A stretch of DNA of 63,060 bases, the filler included, from Octopus bimaculoides (Eukaryota), in NCBI RefSeq assembly GCF_001194135.2. It is 6 parts of 6 records of this genome, joined end to end, with 100 filler letters (N's around TTAATTAATTAA, not from the genome) between each part and the next. Parts side by side here need not be neighbours in the genome. Positions count along the whole stretch, not along the records: positions 34,509 to 54,786 come from NC_068996.1; 5 more parts are not named here. One strand, given 5' to 3'. The position numbers and the translations under genes are program-made. Below the pieces are notes generated by a model. That model had not been told where the DNA came from. It searched no databases and saw only the letters and a list, made by a program, of their open reading frames with translations. Shown here piece after piece: positions 41,041-54,157 of this stretch (position 1 is the first letter of the stretch; every line of letters starts with the position of its first letter).

Positions 41041-42371
41041 GTCTCCTTGTTTGTAATTTCAACATGAACGACAGGGTATTGTCGTGTGTACGCATTCTTG
41101 TATTTATGTATGTACGTATGTATGTATGTATGTATGTATGTATGTATGTATGTATGTATGTATGTATGTATGTGTGAGTACAGATTTGTGTGTTTTGCTT
41201 TATGTATGTCTTCTCATGCATATTCTTGCATATCTAGACATACTCATATATGTTTAAATGACACATTTTTGACAAGTTTTACAGATTTTTAGAGTTTCAG
41301 TGAAGGATTGGGTCTCTAGTCTTCGAATCATCTATCTCCTTTTTTGCTTTATAATGCCTCATGTCTTGGAATTCGGTTTCTTCTTTTAAGAAGCCTAATT
41401 ACTCAAGATTGGTAGTTAGGCAGTGTGTTATATATCCCAGCGCCGCAATAATTACAGGTATAATCCTGAACTTGCAATCTGGATAGAGTAACTGCAGAGT
41501 TCTCAATAGATCAGCATAGATATTCTCTTTTTCACAAATATTCAGCTTTATCTTAACGTCTACTGGGCAGCTAATTTCCACAACTGCACACAGTTTCTCT
41601 GCACTATCCCATATCATTATATCAAGTCTGTAGTGCTGATATTCTATTGAGGTCTTTACTGATATATTCCACCAGTATTCCTTTTTATTATGAGTGGCTA
41701 TGGCTTCTACCATACTGTGGGTTTTTATTTCATTGTCCTCGGGATTATCCTTCCGACGGATTTCATTATAGTGTCCTAGCTACAACGTCATGGCTCCTAG
41801 GTATATAATACCGTGATGACATTTTTGGACAGCTGCTTATGATGTTGGTGTAATAAATTTGGTATGGATGCCACAAAGTCTGCATCGATTGTCACATTTT
41901 ACGGCTTTTCTGCATCTTTGTCTCTTTTGTGCATCAGGTACTTGGTTGATACTTCCTTTCCTATATTGCAAACGCATACTCTTCAAAATGTGAGTTAGTA
42001 ATCCGGCAATTCGTCCATGAAAAACGTCTTTGAAGATCATCACGAAGCTTTCTACTAAGATATCCAAGTATAGTCTTCTGCTCATATAGGCTGATTCTTT
42101 CATCTGATATGTTGCGGTAGAATTGTGCGGCTTCTTTGGACAGGTATTCTAGGTTATCAGACAAAGAATATTCGTCAAGATATATGATGTTATCAGCCTG
42201 ATGTATGCAAACTTGGTCAAGGGATGCACTTCGACGCTTGGCTAAGATCTCATCAATGTCTACGATCTCATGAAATGTCCAGTGAAGCATCCCAAATGTT
42301 GATACAAGTCCTTGCACTACAAGCACATTGTGGACCACTGTTTTGTTGAAAGCCCACGATGAAATCAGGTC
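41041..42371 (-). mobile_element. Internally deleted R4/Dong-like LINE (post-RT region, CCHC finger, RLE endonuclease, 3' UTR)
   Basis: CDNRCRLC, HYRLDIMIWD...VVEISCPVD...EKENIYADL, IIPVIIAALG; (TACA)n at the 5' junction and inside the UTR. Confidence 0.88.
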
Positions 42372-42402
<31 letters not shown>

Positions 42403-42830
42403 TGTATGTATGTATGTATGTATGTATGAGGTGGTGAACGCGGAGGAACATGCACTGACAGGAGACAGACAAGAATGCATCTTATTCGTGTGACTGATCA
42501 GAGAGAAAGAAATTCAAGTTAGGAAAAGAAAGATGGCCGATTGCCACGTGCGAGCAACGAGAGAGCAAAGGCGGAAGTGTGGGAGAGAGGGGGACAGACA
42601 GAGAACGGCCAAGGGGAGATAAAAAGAATTAGAGAAAAGGAACGAAAGAGGAGAAACAGAAAGAGATAGGATGTGTCGCATCAAAATTATTAAGATAAAA
42701 TTTATTTGGAAATGGATAAGTGGTGTTCAATCATATAATAATATAAATAATATATAAATATATATGCATACATACACACATATATGTACATACATATATA
42801 CTAATAAAGAATTCCATATATGTATGTATG

Positions 42831-43065
42831 TCATTGCTCAGTTTTATTTCAAAGATTTCTAGCCAACAGAGAAAGAACCGGTTTCTAACCTAGATCCAAC
42901 GTTCCTTCATTGGAATTTCAACAACAACGAGGTATTTTTGTATGTATGAATGTATGTATGTATGTATGTATGTATGTATGTATGAGCAGATTTGTATGTT
43001 TTATGTATGTATTCTCATGCATATAGTTGCATATCTAGACATGCTCATATAAGTTTAAATCATAA
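42831..43065 (-). mobile_element. R4/Dong-like 3' UTR copy
   Basis: UTR part 1, then (CATA)n, then GTTGAAATTCCAATGAAGG...TTAGAAACCGG...AATGA, then CATACATACAT. Confidence 0.7.
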
Positions 43066-43661
43066 ATATATTTATGTCTGTATGTATGTACGTATGTATA
43101 TGCATACACATATACATACGTATACGTGTATATATATGCATGTATATGTGTATGCATGTATATGTGTATGTATGTATATGTGTATGCATGTATGTAAATA
43201 TGTGTGTTAGCGACATATTTTCCGAGTGGGGTTATGATATTATAATTTATTTAAGCTTATAGAAATATTTACATACAATTTATTTTTTATTCCTAATATA
43301 TGATATTCGTCTCACAAATACTCTTCGACCGATTCCCTACGCCTCCAACTGATGAACCATCAGCGATTCTATGCTTTTGGTAATTTCGTGTGCAACTTAG
43401 CTTGTGCTTGATCTCGGTATTATTTAGTATTAAAAGTGCTTCTTGAACAGAAGGTTAGGAATATGGAATTCTTTAAAGTGGTTTGTTCAATGAAGCCGAA
43501 TTTATTCCCTGATGACATGTATATGTAGAAGAAATCTTAAGAGCCTAGAACATGCTCGTTTGTGCATTTCTGCGTGTGCGAGTATGTATTTGTGCATGTG
43601 TGAGTATTTGTGCGTGGGAGTATGTATGTGAATGTGTGTGTGTGGGGAGTATGTATGTGAA

Positions 43662-43746
<85 letters not shown>

Positions 43747-44759
43747 NNNNNNNNNNNNNNNNNNNNNNNNNNNNNNNNNNNNNNNNNNNNNNNNNNNNNN
43801 NNNNNNNNNNNNNNNNNNNNNNNNNNNNNNNNNNNNNNNNNNNNNNNNNNNNNNNNNNNNNTATATATATATATATGCATATATACGTACGTACATACAT
43901 ACATACGTATATGCATATATACATACGTACATACATACATACAAGCATGCATACATACATACACACATGCATACATACATACGTACACACATACGTACAT
44001 GAGAAGCTATTCCTAGTTATCGAGCATAGCCATCGCTTATATTCTATTTCAGAATATTCTTGTACGTATTACAAATGGTCTTTCAAGAAGCCTTCTCCTC
44101 GTTCTACGTCTGTTTCGAGATAAATAAGAGACCCAATATCTACCCTAAATAAAACAACAAAGAAAACAAAAACATAGTTTTTTTCCCGTTATACAGTAAA
44201 AATACCATTCCTTTTTAATTATGTAGTAACTTGCTTCGTACCCTGTAATACGTTCAAGAATATTATCAATTAACGATATTTTTAAATCACATCAATCGAT
44301 ATAGTTTTGCATCAATATGAAACAAATAATTTACACACACACAGATGCACCAATACATACACAACTCCACATATACACGCGTTCGTAGAATTACATACAG
44401 ATACAACCAAGTTCTAGGATCTTGAAATTTATGTGCTTATATATTTCTATAGTTTCTAGGTTGCTCCTCAACGAACTGACCTCTCTAATATATCTGTATT
44501 CCTCATATTCTGCTAAAGGGTTTCTCTTGATTTTAAATAATAATTAAATCAAGCACAAACCTAATTGCATCTTAAATAACCACACGAAAGCTCATACGAA
44601 CATTTATCGGCAGAGTGGTAAATCAGTCTGTTTGTGTTTGAAATATAAATATCCTTAAAACAAATTCCATTTTTAACAAACGGTTGCGATTAAATAGATT
44701 ATGTCATCATAATGTCACTTTGTAGACGCGTGACTAATACACATACACGCGCGTGCACA

Positions 44760-44830
<71 letters not shown>

Positions 44831-44918
44831 ACACACACACAATTCAAAGACCGATAGATATGCAGATAGATAGATAAATAGATGGAGAGGTAAATATAGA
44901 TGCATACATAGACGTATA

Positions 44919-45017
<99 letters not shown>

Positions 45018-45671
45018 GTGTATTTTTGTGTGTGTATGTGTGGCGAAGCAGTCAGGGAGAAAACATCAGTTGTGTACATGCGTATATATATATATATATA
45101 TATGTCTTGGGATTTACGGTCAGACGGCTGGGTGGAATTGCGCGAAAAGCTGCACAGATGTGTAGAATGATCCGGTGATGATCCTGGGCTTTGTATTTTT
45201 CTAATAGCTCCCATGGTTACCGAGATAATCTACTATAATAATACTCTTGTGTTTATGAATGAGAAAGGAAGGGGTGATAGATGAATAAGGAAGGAAGGGG
45301 TGATGTCATACTTGGTAGTGGAAGGATAAAAATTGCATGCTGAAAAAATAAATCAAACAGCGTTTCAACTCTGGTTGAATATATGTATGTGTATGTAAAA
45401 GGGGTATGTGAATGTGTGTGTGCGTTTGTGTATGTGTGTGCGTGTGCGCGTGCAGTGGAAGTGGGATGGTCATCTATGTTCGCTTAGTACTTGGGTTTAT
45501 TTTTTGATTTGGTTGAATCTTGGCTGAGGTTTTTTTTTTGTGTGTGTTGGTCAGTTATTTTTAGCGTTTTGACAGAAAAAATTTCATTGTAAAATTGTTT
45601 TTTAACGTAAACGTGCCCAAGGAAGTCGGATGCTTACACAGAGTAGGTTTTACAGCCACATGATCCAAAAG

Positions 45672-45701
45672 GACCGGATGAAACCGGGCTTAGCTGCTAG
45701 T
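45672..45701 (+). mobile_element. Helitron-like 3' terminus
   Basis: Hairpin CCGG-ATGAAA-CCGG, 9-nt spacer, then CTAG|T. Confidence 0.4.
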
Positions 45702-46970
45702 ATATATANNNNNNNNNNNNNNNNNNNNNNNNNNNNNNNNNNNNNNNNNNNNNNNNNNNATATATATAAACAAACGGGGTTGCGTTCTTTTTCGGCCTGC
45801 TGCTGACTAAAACAGACACGTATGTGTTGTGTGTTGTTCGTCAGAGACTTTTTCCATTGCTTTGCGCTACTTCACTACGTCTGTTTTGATAGCCGAAAAG
45901 GCCTTTTCTGTTTGTATTGTATTGTTTTAGTACAGTATATGTATAATTATTCCTTTTCCTTATTGTACAACCGTAAGGAATTTTCTATTGTGTATGCACC
46001 ATTCCTTGTCTGTTATATTTTCTCATTATTTCTTATTGTGCACGCAATGTTATTTTGTCTTGTTCCCGCACACATTCCTCAGCCTTTTTCCTGTAGCTCT
46101 ATGCTCTGACGCCCCAGCTCATAATAGTGGTCTTGACTTTAAATAGCGTCAAACCACTAAGAGTCAGACGTTCCATTAAAACCAGGACCAGTGACACCGT
46201 CACTGAAAATGTGGGAAACCAAGAAGCCTTTGGGGCAAAGTATTGTTCAGTCAATTTCTTAATCTCCGGTCGCACAGAAGATTAATAGTTTCCTTCTCAA
46301 TATTGTAGTTACCTTTGGCATAGTTGTTTGCTGCGTCTTCTTTACCACTGATGAATTGATAGGGGTTAAAATAAATGATTGTATGTGTCAACTCGTATTT
46401 GATCTGGAAAATAAAATATTGAGTAATAATTACATCATATTATATCGGTAATATATATATCGGTAATATCAATATAATAATTGGAATATCCTTTTTTATA
46501 TGAAGAGAGCATATACGTAGAGATTACTAAGTGTTTTAAATTAGAACTTGTTTTATCAGTTGTTCAATAGAATAAAAATCAATTCCAAGACAAATTTTTT
46601 CCAGTAGTTTCATGTATGATGTGGACTTAGTTCCACAGAATCTACGGAGCTCCGAAACGCACCTCAACAAAGAAAAAAAATGAAATGCAATTAAAAAAAA
46701 GTTATACAAATGGAAAATATATACAAAATAAATGATGTATGCAAAAAGTTAGAACGATTAATTTTTTAAAGACTATTTTATACTAAAAAATAAAACAAAC
46801 GGGAAATGGAGACTTGTGAATATAAACAAACATGTCGGGCGATACAAGGGGCGGTAATCTACTTTTACCAGTCTGGTATTATTAATGATACGAGGGGCCC
46901 GACATCAAAATATTTTCTCTTTAAATGAACTGTAATGAAATCAACATATATATATAAATGTGTGTGTGTA

Positions 46971-47047
<77 letters not shown>

Positions 47048-47312
47048 NNNNNNNNNNNNNNNNNNNNNNNNNNNNNNNNNNNNNNNNNNNNNNNNNNNNN
47101 NNNNNNNNNNNNNNNNNNNNNNNNNNNNNNNNNNNNNNNNNNNNNNNNNNNNNNNNNNNNNNNNNNNNNNNNNNNNNNNNNNNNNNNNNNNNNNNNNNNN
47201 NNNNNNNNNNNNNNNNNNNNNNNNNNNNNNNNNNNNNNNGAATAGTTCACTTTTGTCGAACCGCTAATTTTACGGGGACGTAAGCACACCAACATTGGTT
47301 GTCAAGTGCTGG

Positions 47313-47314
<2 letters not shown>

Positions 47315-47374
<60 letters not shown>
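47315..47374 (+). repeat. (AAT)n microsatellite preceding the Penelope terminal repeat
   Basis: About 20 AAT units. Confidence 0.95.
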
Positions 47375-47375
<1 letters not shown>

Positions 47376-47401
47376 GCAACCCAGGTTCGAAATTTCCCCA
47401 A

Positions 47402-47447
47402 GACACCTGACGAAGGCTGGAGGGTATATCAGCCGAAACGTTGTGTT
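47402..47447 (+). ncRNA. Minimal type I hammerhead ribozyme (putative)
   Basis: Stem I GACAC/GUGUU; core CUGACGA plus an extra A; stem II GGCUG/CAGCC with a 10-nt loop; GAAA; palindromic ACGU helix III; cleavage triplet GUU at 47440-47442. Confidence 0.7.
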
Positions 47448-48416
47448 AACAACAAACAAGATGAGGACAAATATCCGTCAAATGTAAATAATGTAAATAA
47501 TGTACATAATTCCTCATCTCTTAAATATAAAACTGTATTATCTAATCGGTACGGAGCCGACATTAAACTTCAATAGAGACATATAAACTCCATTAAAAAC
47601 TAGCTTGCCTTTCAAACCATCTAACTTTCCAGTATAGGTGTAGAGACTCAAAGCTAATACCACCTGGCTTGAATATAATGACACCAGTGGATTCATATAA
47701 AGCTAAAGGAGTAGCGGAAAGGGCAGGACACGCGCTCGTCTGTGAGAGGATCTATTACAACCGTTGGAAAAAAAACATCAGTTAAATAACGAAATCAAAG
47801 AGAAAATCAAAGTTATCTTCATTACTTAGAAAAATAACCAGAGATGATGATAGAAAGAAAATCCAACAATATATAGGAAAGTCGTACATGAAAGAATTTG
47901 AAATGGTGAAGAAACGCCCGATCAAGAAGTTTATGAAACTCAAAGGTCAGAGAATGAAGACTGAAGTCCATCACCCACCTGTGAAAGCAGTAATTAATGT
48001 AAGTAGCCGACATCTGGAAAGCTCTGAAGAAGCAGTACTAAACAAAGGTCTCTACTTTGCGATAGCCATCAAGCGCATTCCATAAATGGACATAATAGCC
48101 CCTATTGAAGAGATAGCCGTAAAGATACCAAAAGCTCAGAGAGATGAATTAAGGTGGAAAGTGAGACAGGTACTAGAAAGAGCAAAACTTCCCAGACCAA
48201 ACATCACTAAGGAAGAAAACTTCGCTATCAAAAGGCTACAAAGAGACAATTCCATCATAATACTTCCGGCCGACAAGGGCAATGCTACAGTGGTGATGAA
48301 CAAGTCTGACTACTCGGAAAAACTACGGTTTTCCTAAGATTCACAAGGATGGTGTTCCATTAAGACCAATAGTAAGCTGTAGAGGTTCAGCATGTCATCC
48401 ACTGAGCCGCTTTCTT

Positions 48417-49067
48417 GTGGATATGATCAGTCCATTAGCAGAAAAGTCAACATCGTACGTGAAGGATTTCACCCACTTCACAAAATTGATCAAGGATACT
48501 CCCATTGAATCCAACCAGATGGTGAGTCTAGATGTGATAAGTCTGGTTACCAAAGTCCCAACTGGTGAAGCACTATCGGTGATACAAGAAAAACTAGTGA
48601 CAGACACCCATCTAAAAGAACGCACTAGTATACCAATAAGAAACTTGATGGAAATGTTGACCTTCTGTGTAGAAACTACTTACTTCAGTATGGACACTGA
48701 TATATATATATATCGACAGTGCGAGGGTTTAGCTATGGGTTCGCCATTATCACCGATAATAGCCAATATATACATGGAATACTTTGAGAATTTGGCTTTA
48801 GGATCAACACTGCTAAAGCCAACCCTATGGCTGCGATATGTTGATGACACCTTTATTCTCTGTTTCCAACAGGAAAATGTCCAAGTGCTGTTAGATCATG
48901 TGAACACAATAAGGCCATCCATACAGTTCGCAATGGAAAAAGAAAAAGACAATCGGCTAGCATTCCTGGATGTATTAATAACACGCACCAAGTATGGATT
49001 CAGGACATCCATATACCGCAAGCCGACCTTCACTGAACGATACCTCAACTTCAACATCCAGCAATAA
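48417..49067 (+). pseudogene. Penelope reverse transcriptase core (open segment of a disrupted ORF)
   Basis: 216-aa open frame with SLDV, MGSPLSP and YVDD motifs; flanking frames are broken. Confidence 0.9.
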
Positions 49068-49507
49068 ATATAAGTAGTGATCGTGATGCCCACCACGAAG
49101 AAATGATCAAGCTCAGTAACAATCTATTAAGCAACAACTACCTCAAAAGCATACACTCCACTCCAATTATGAAGAAAAGAAAGGATGAAACCCATAAACT
49201 GACCACGGTTTGTCTACCCTATGTGAAAGGCCTCTCTAAAAAGATACAAAAGATATGCGGCCAATATGACATTAGGACAGTATTCAAAAGTAATACAACA
49301 CTTTACAAATATCTCCTTCGAGTAAAACCACCAATTGAAGAGAATATGACCAAAGAGTGCGTGTTCTCCATCCCATGCAGCTGTGGTAGGTTATACAAAG
49401 GCGGAACATGTCGCCCCTCAAAATAAGAGTAGAGGAACATCGCAAAGTTGTGACAAGGATAGAATATTAGATTTATAAACCAAACATTCACTCCGCAATT
49501 CCCCACG

Positions 49508-49579
49508 GGCATATAGCGTAGGAGTTAACAGCGCGGGCTACTAACCCCAAGATTCCGAGTTCGATTCCAGGCAGCGACC
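49508..49579 (+). mobile_element. tRNA-derived head (Ser-like loop CTACTAA) joined to the Penelope terminal repeat
   Basis: TAGCGTAGGAGTTAA A-box-like, GGGCTACTAACCC anticodon-like arm, GAGTTCGATTCC B-box; acceptor stem not intact. Confidence 0.65.
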
Positions 49580-49789
49580 TGAGTAATAATAATAGGAATG
49601 AGAACCCAGGGTCGAAATTTCCCAAAGACACCTAATCAAGGCTGGAGGGCATATCAGCTGAAACGTTGTGTTAACAAGATATAAGGACAAATATCAGTCA
49701 ATTGTAAAAAAAATGTAAATAATGTACGTAACTCCACATCTTTTAAATATAGAACTGTATTATCTACAAAGTACACCATATTTAGAACG

Positions 49790-50279
49790 ATGGGTCAAAA
49801 GACATTTGTAGAATTTAAAAAGTAAAACAAATGCTACGTTAAAACACAACCGAATATATATCGTTTTGTGGGACCGCAAAATAATTATATGTTCTGTCCT
49901 GGAAATTGATCGCACTCTGGACACCAATGTGGTTAGAAATATGCAAGAGGAAGAGGATATCTAAAGATCATTGATAAACGAATTTACAAATCCAGCACTT
50001 AAAGTACACTTTCAGATTCGTGCCTATAATTATTGGAGCAACAGGATACATTCCAGCCTATCCGGAACAAAGTAAGAATGAACTTGGTTTGTTTTGGAGA
50101 GAATGGAAATCATTAATTACTATACTAAAAATCTTCACCTTGTCCGGGACTGAAAATCTGTAATAAGTTTCTAAGATTTAAAGGATGATGCTTAAATCAA
50201 GACATTTAATTTCGCGACATTTCTAGCAAATATGTGGCCGGGGTAAATTTAGGCTAAATTAAAAAGAGAATGTGAAGGA
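49790..50279 (+). mobile_element. R4/Dong-like RLE domain plus 3' UTR
   Basis: KHNRIYIVLWDR...SVLEID...EEEDI*, FRFVPIIIGATGYIP; ends at CATACATAC (50280). Confidence 0.75.
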
Positions 50280-50530
50280 CATACATACACAAATACATAT
50301 ACACATACATATATAGATGCATACATATTTACATACACACATATACACATTTAAATAAAGATGCATACATACTTACATAATACACACATACATACATACA
50401 TGCATACATACATGCATACATACATATATATATATGCATACATACATACATACATACATACATTCATACATACATACTTTCATACATACATGCATACATA
50501 CATACATACATATACAAAAAATCCATACCT

Positions 50531-51960
50531 GACCTCACTTCATCGTGGGCTACCATCTTCAAATTAAACACAGAGTGACTGTATTATCACTCATAGAATG
50601 GAGTATAGGAAAGGCATATCCAAGTGGACAGCCTCTCTGTGATGTTTATACTTTCTGTAAACTCCTTGTCATTCATTTTAATGAAGTTTGAAGGATATCT
50701 CACCGGTTCACAAGGAAACAGAAATAATAAAATTACACACTGTTGTTTTATAGATGGCTTGAATATGCATGAGATGAAAAAGATTCTTGATCTAGTTGCA
50801 ACATTCTCAAAGGATGCAGAGTTGGACCTTGGACAGGATAAATGTTGCTATATAGTTGTGAAAAGGTGAAAAACTATAAACCAGAGTAGTAACATCTCCA
50901 TCAATGATTTGACTGTTTCCCCTATATTTGACGAGGAATGTTACGTGTGAATGGTGTCATATCTTACAGTGGCAGCTGTAACAAAACACGTGTCACTAAA
51001 GAATACTACAGCCGAATAAAGAAATATTTGGACCTCAGAACTCTCTGCATTCAATAAAACAGTACTACACAGGGTGTTTGCATATTAATATATGTGCTGC
51101 TTGATTGGACGTTTGATGATATTCGAGCCATTGGTGTTTAAACCCAGAAAATACTAAAAAGCACACATAATTTCCATATAAGCAGTGAGGTTGACAGCCT
51201 CTAACTAAAACGAAAACAAGGCGGCAGAGGCTTAACATTGATCTAAAATGCCTTTGAATGTCGTATCATATCCCTTCGGTAACATCTTTTAACAACCAAG
51301 TGTCGAAGTGCATCTATTGATCCAGTTTGCATACATGAGGCGGATAACATCATGAGACTTGAAAGGCAGAACCTTTAGTAGCATTCTCTGTCAGATAATC
51401 TTAAATATGTGCACAAAGAAGGCGCACGACCCTACCGTAAAGTATTATCAGATGAAATGACAACCATATATGAGCAGAAGACCATACATGGATGTGTTAT
51501 TATAACGCTCAGATTTGATAGTAACATTGATCACCAAAGCACTCTATCATGGACCAAAACCGGATTACTATCTCCCACTTTGAGTTTGCAATCCAAGAAC
51601 AGGAAATATCCACCAAATATCTGATGCACAAAAGACACAGAGATGCAGGAAAAGCAGAAAAAAGTGACAACCGATGCAAACATGGTGGAGTTAACACCAC
51701 AAGTATTACACACATCTTTCAAGCAGTTGTTCGAAAATGTCATCACGCTATGATCTACCGATGATATGTTATACCTGGGAAATTATGTAACGAGATCCGA
51801 CGAAAGGATAATCCCGAGGACAAAGAAATAAGATCCAACAGTAGAGTAGCAGACATAGCCACTCAAGAATAGAATTACTGGTAGAATGTTCCAGTGAAAA
51901 AATCAAAAAAATGTAAATATAGTCGTGGAAATCAGCGAATGTTAACGTAAAGCTAAATAT
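50531..51960 (+). mobile_element. R4/Dong-like LINE, RT-to-RLE part
   Basis: DSLSVMFILSVNSLS (cf. GDSLSPLLF..A.NPLS), KITHCCFIDGL (cf. HLLYMDDL), CCHC remnant DNRCK...THI..SC, ending VKLNI. Confidence 0.85.
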
Positions 51961-52774
51961 CAATAGTTCCTTGAAATATTCACGGGTCCTGCTAGTTGAG
52001 TATAAATTATTTAAAACAGACATATAGGCCTTCAACTTGATGAATTTCCAATGAGCATTGTCAAAAACAAACTATTATAAAAAATAATATATTATCATTC
52101 ATGCTACAAATTAACATATATCAACAATTAAAAGGTTAATAATAATTGAATCGAAAATAATAATTTCGCGAGCTACTCAAGACAGAGTCGAACTCGGAAT
52201 TACAAATATCCGACAACTTTACGACTGTCGCCAGAGTACATCGCTGGGAATCGAGGTGAAAGTTTGTCTCATAAACCACTACACCTTTTCAAGTTTTTTT
52301 TTTTTTTTTTTTTTTTGATAGTTTGAGATATAACGCAATTGTTTTAGCAATAGTTCCTTGAAATATTCATGGGTCCTTCTAGTTGGTTATAAATGAAATA
52401 TGTATTTAATTTCAAAATATTATTAAAGATATTTCACCATTTAATCCTGGAATATTTTATGCAAAATATATTTCAAAACAAACAAATCTTAACTGAAATA
52501 AAAATTCTACGTGCGACTGTAATATTGATCGAATTCACAATTAAAAGTTCAATTCTCGACAGCTGAAATATTTATATTAAAATAGCATGCTGGCAACTAG
52601 CATCAAAATTTGCCTTAGTAATCTGCGCACCATTCTACATTGATATGTTAACAGATGCAAAGATATACACACAGAGACACAACACAAACGAAAATAAGCA
52701 CGCTTGAAGCACACGCACATGTACATGCTAACCAACACATACACTCATATACAAACATATACAAATATATGCAC

Positions 52775-52808
<34 letters not shown>

Positions 52809-53000
52809 TTACGGCAATATTTCAGAATTAAATTTAATACCTGAAACTTGTATTTATAGAAATTATATTCCGTTTGCTTGTCCTCCGTTATTTTAGTCTT
52901 GATAAGTTGTCTTTTGTATGACGGTCCGGTGTACAACACACTGTACTCTTTATACATTCATTTTGCATTCCGTGAAGTTTCTAATACAGACATCTAAATC
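51961..53000 (+). repeat. Inverted copy of the Helitron-like array
   Basis: CCTTGAAATATTCA.GG-GTCCT.-CTAG|T with CTAG at 51992 and 52379; reverse-complement match to 37682-38460. Confidence 0.75.
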
Positions 53001-53660
53001 ATGAGCGCAAGATACAATGAGTGTTAATACCGTTTTTATTTCATTCAAAACTATTATGATACATAATACGTTATATTTCTTTTCCAGATTTCTATATAAC
53101 AAATTTTACTAAACTAATAAAATTTCAGAACAACAAAGTAATGCCGCAGACTGCTTCGAACTTTGAACCATAACAACACAAGAACCATCCGATTTGCACC
53201 AAATTCATTTTCTGCAAATGGGGCTAAAACTTTGTCTGATAAATCTGGATATGTTTCCCCATCTATGTTCACACACACATAAACACACATGCAACACGAA
53301 CATACATATACATATACACAGAAGCACACACATCATCCACATTGTTGCCAGCTGCGAGGGAATGTCTTCGACATAAGGCATATCAGTCTGGAAGAGGAAA
53401 GCACAACATAAAATAGCTAAAAAATGAAGATTATCCTACTGAGGTAAAGGGATAAAAATACTTTTGAGGGAAGTTAAAAATTAAAAACAACCACCAAGTT
53501 AAGACACAACCGGCCAAATACCGTTGTGTGACACCAAAATGAAGAGATATGTTCTGTTCTAGAAATCAGCAGGTTTCATGTACATACCTATATGCATGCA
53601 TGCATGCATGCATGTATACACGTATGTGTACATACATATCTAGATACCTACGTACATACC

Positions 53661-53711
<51 letters not shown>

Positions 53712-54157
53712 CAATTAGAAAATGGAGGGGTTCAATAGGTGGTATTCAACAACTTTTAGACATTATATTATGTCAATTTATTTATTTACTAAAATGATAA
53801 TTATAACAATATACATACATGTATAACATATTATGCTTTATATATATAATATATTAAAAATACCATTAATTATTAAAATATATAATATAAATCATAGGAA
53901 GTAGGATAATATCTTACAGCTGTTTCAGCCAAGAGGCCATAGTACCCCGCTTTACTTCCATCCTTTCATTGAACTGAAATATTTGGTAGATAAGATTTAG
54001 GTACTTGGGTGTGTCTCTGGGCTTTGTCAGAGACTTTAGAAAGTTCATAATGTTAGTTTATAAATACAAATACATACATATATACACACTTATACATATA
54101 GATACATACACATAAATATACATAAACACACACACACACATATATATATATGTATAT

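Larger units (their letters stand above)
47376..49760 (+). mobile_element. Penelope-like element with direct terminal repeats (47378-47540 and 49603-49760)
   Basis: Disrupted ORF containing GLAMGSPLSPIIANIYME, WLRYVDDTF, LAFLDV, YRKPT, LPYVKGLS and a GIY-YIG-type start (CVFSIPCSCGRLYKG). Confidence 0.92.
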
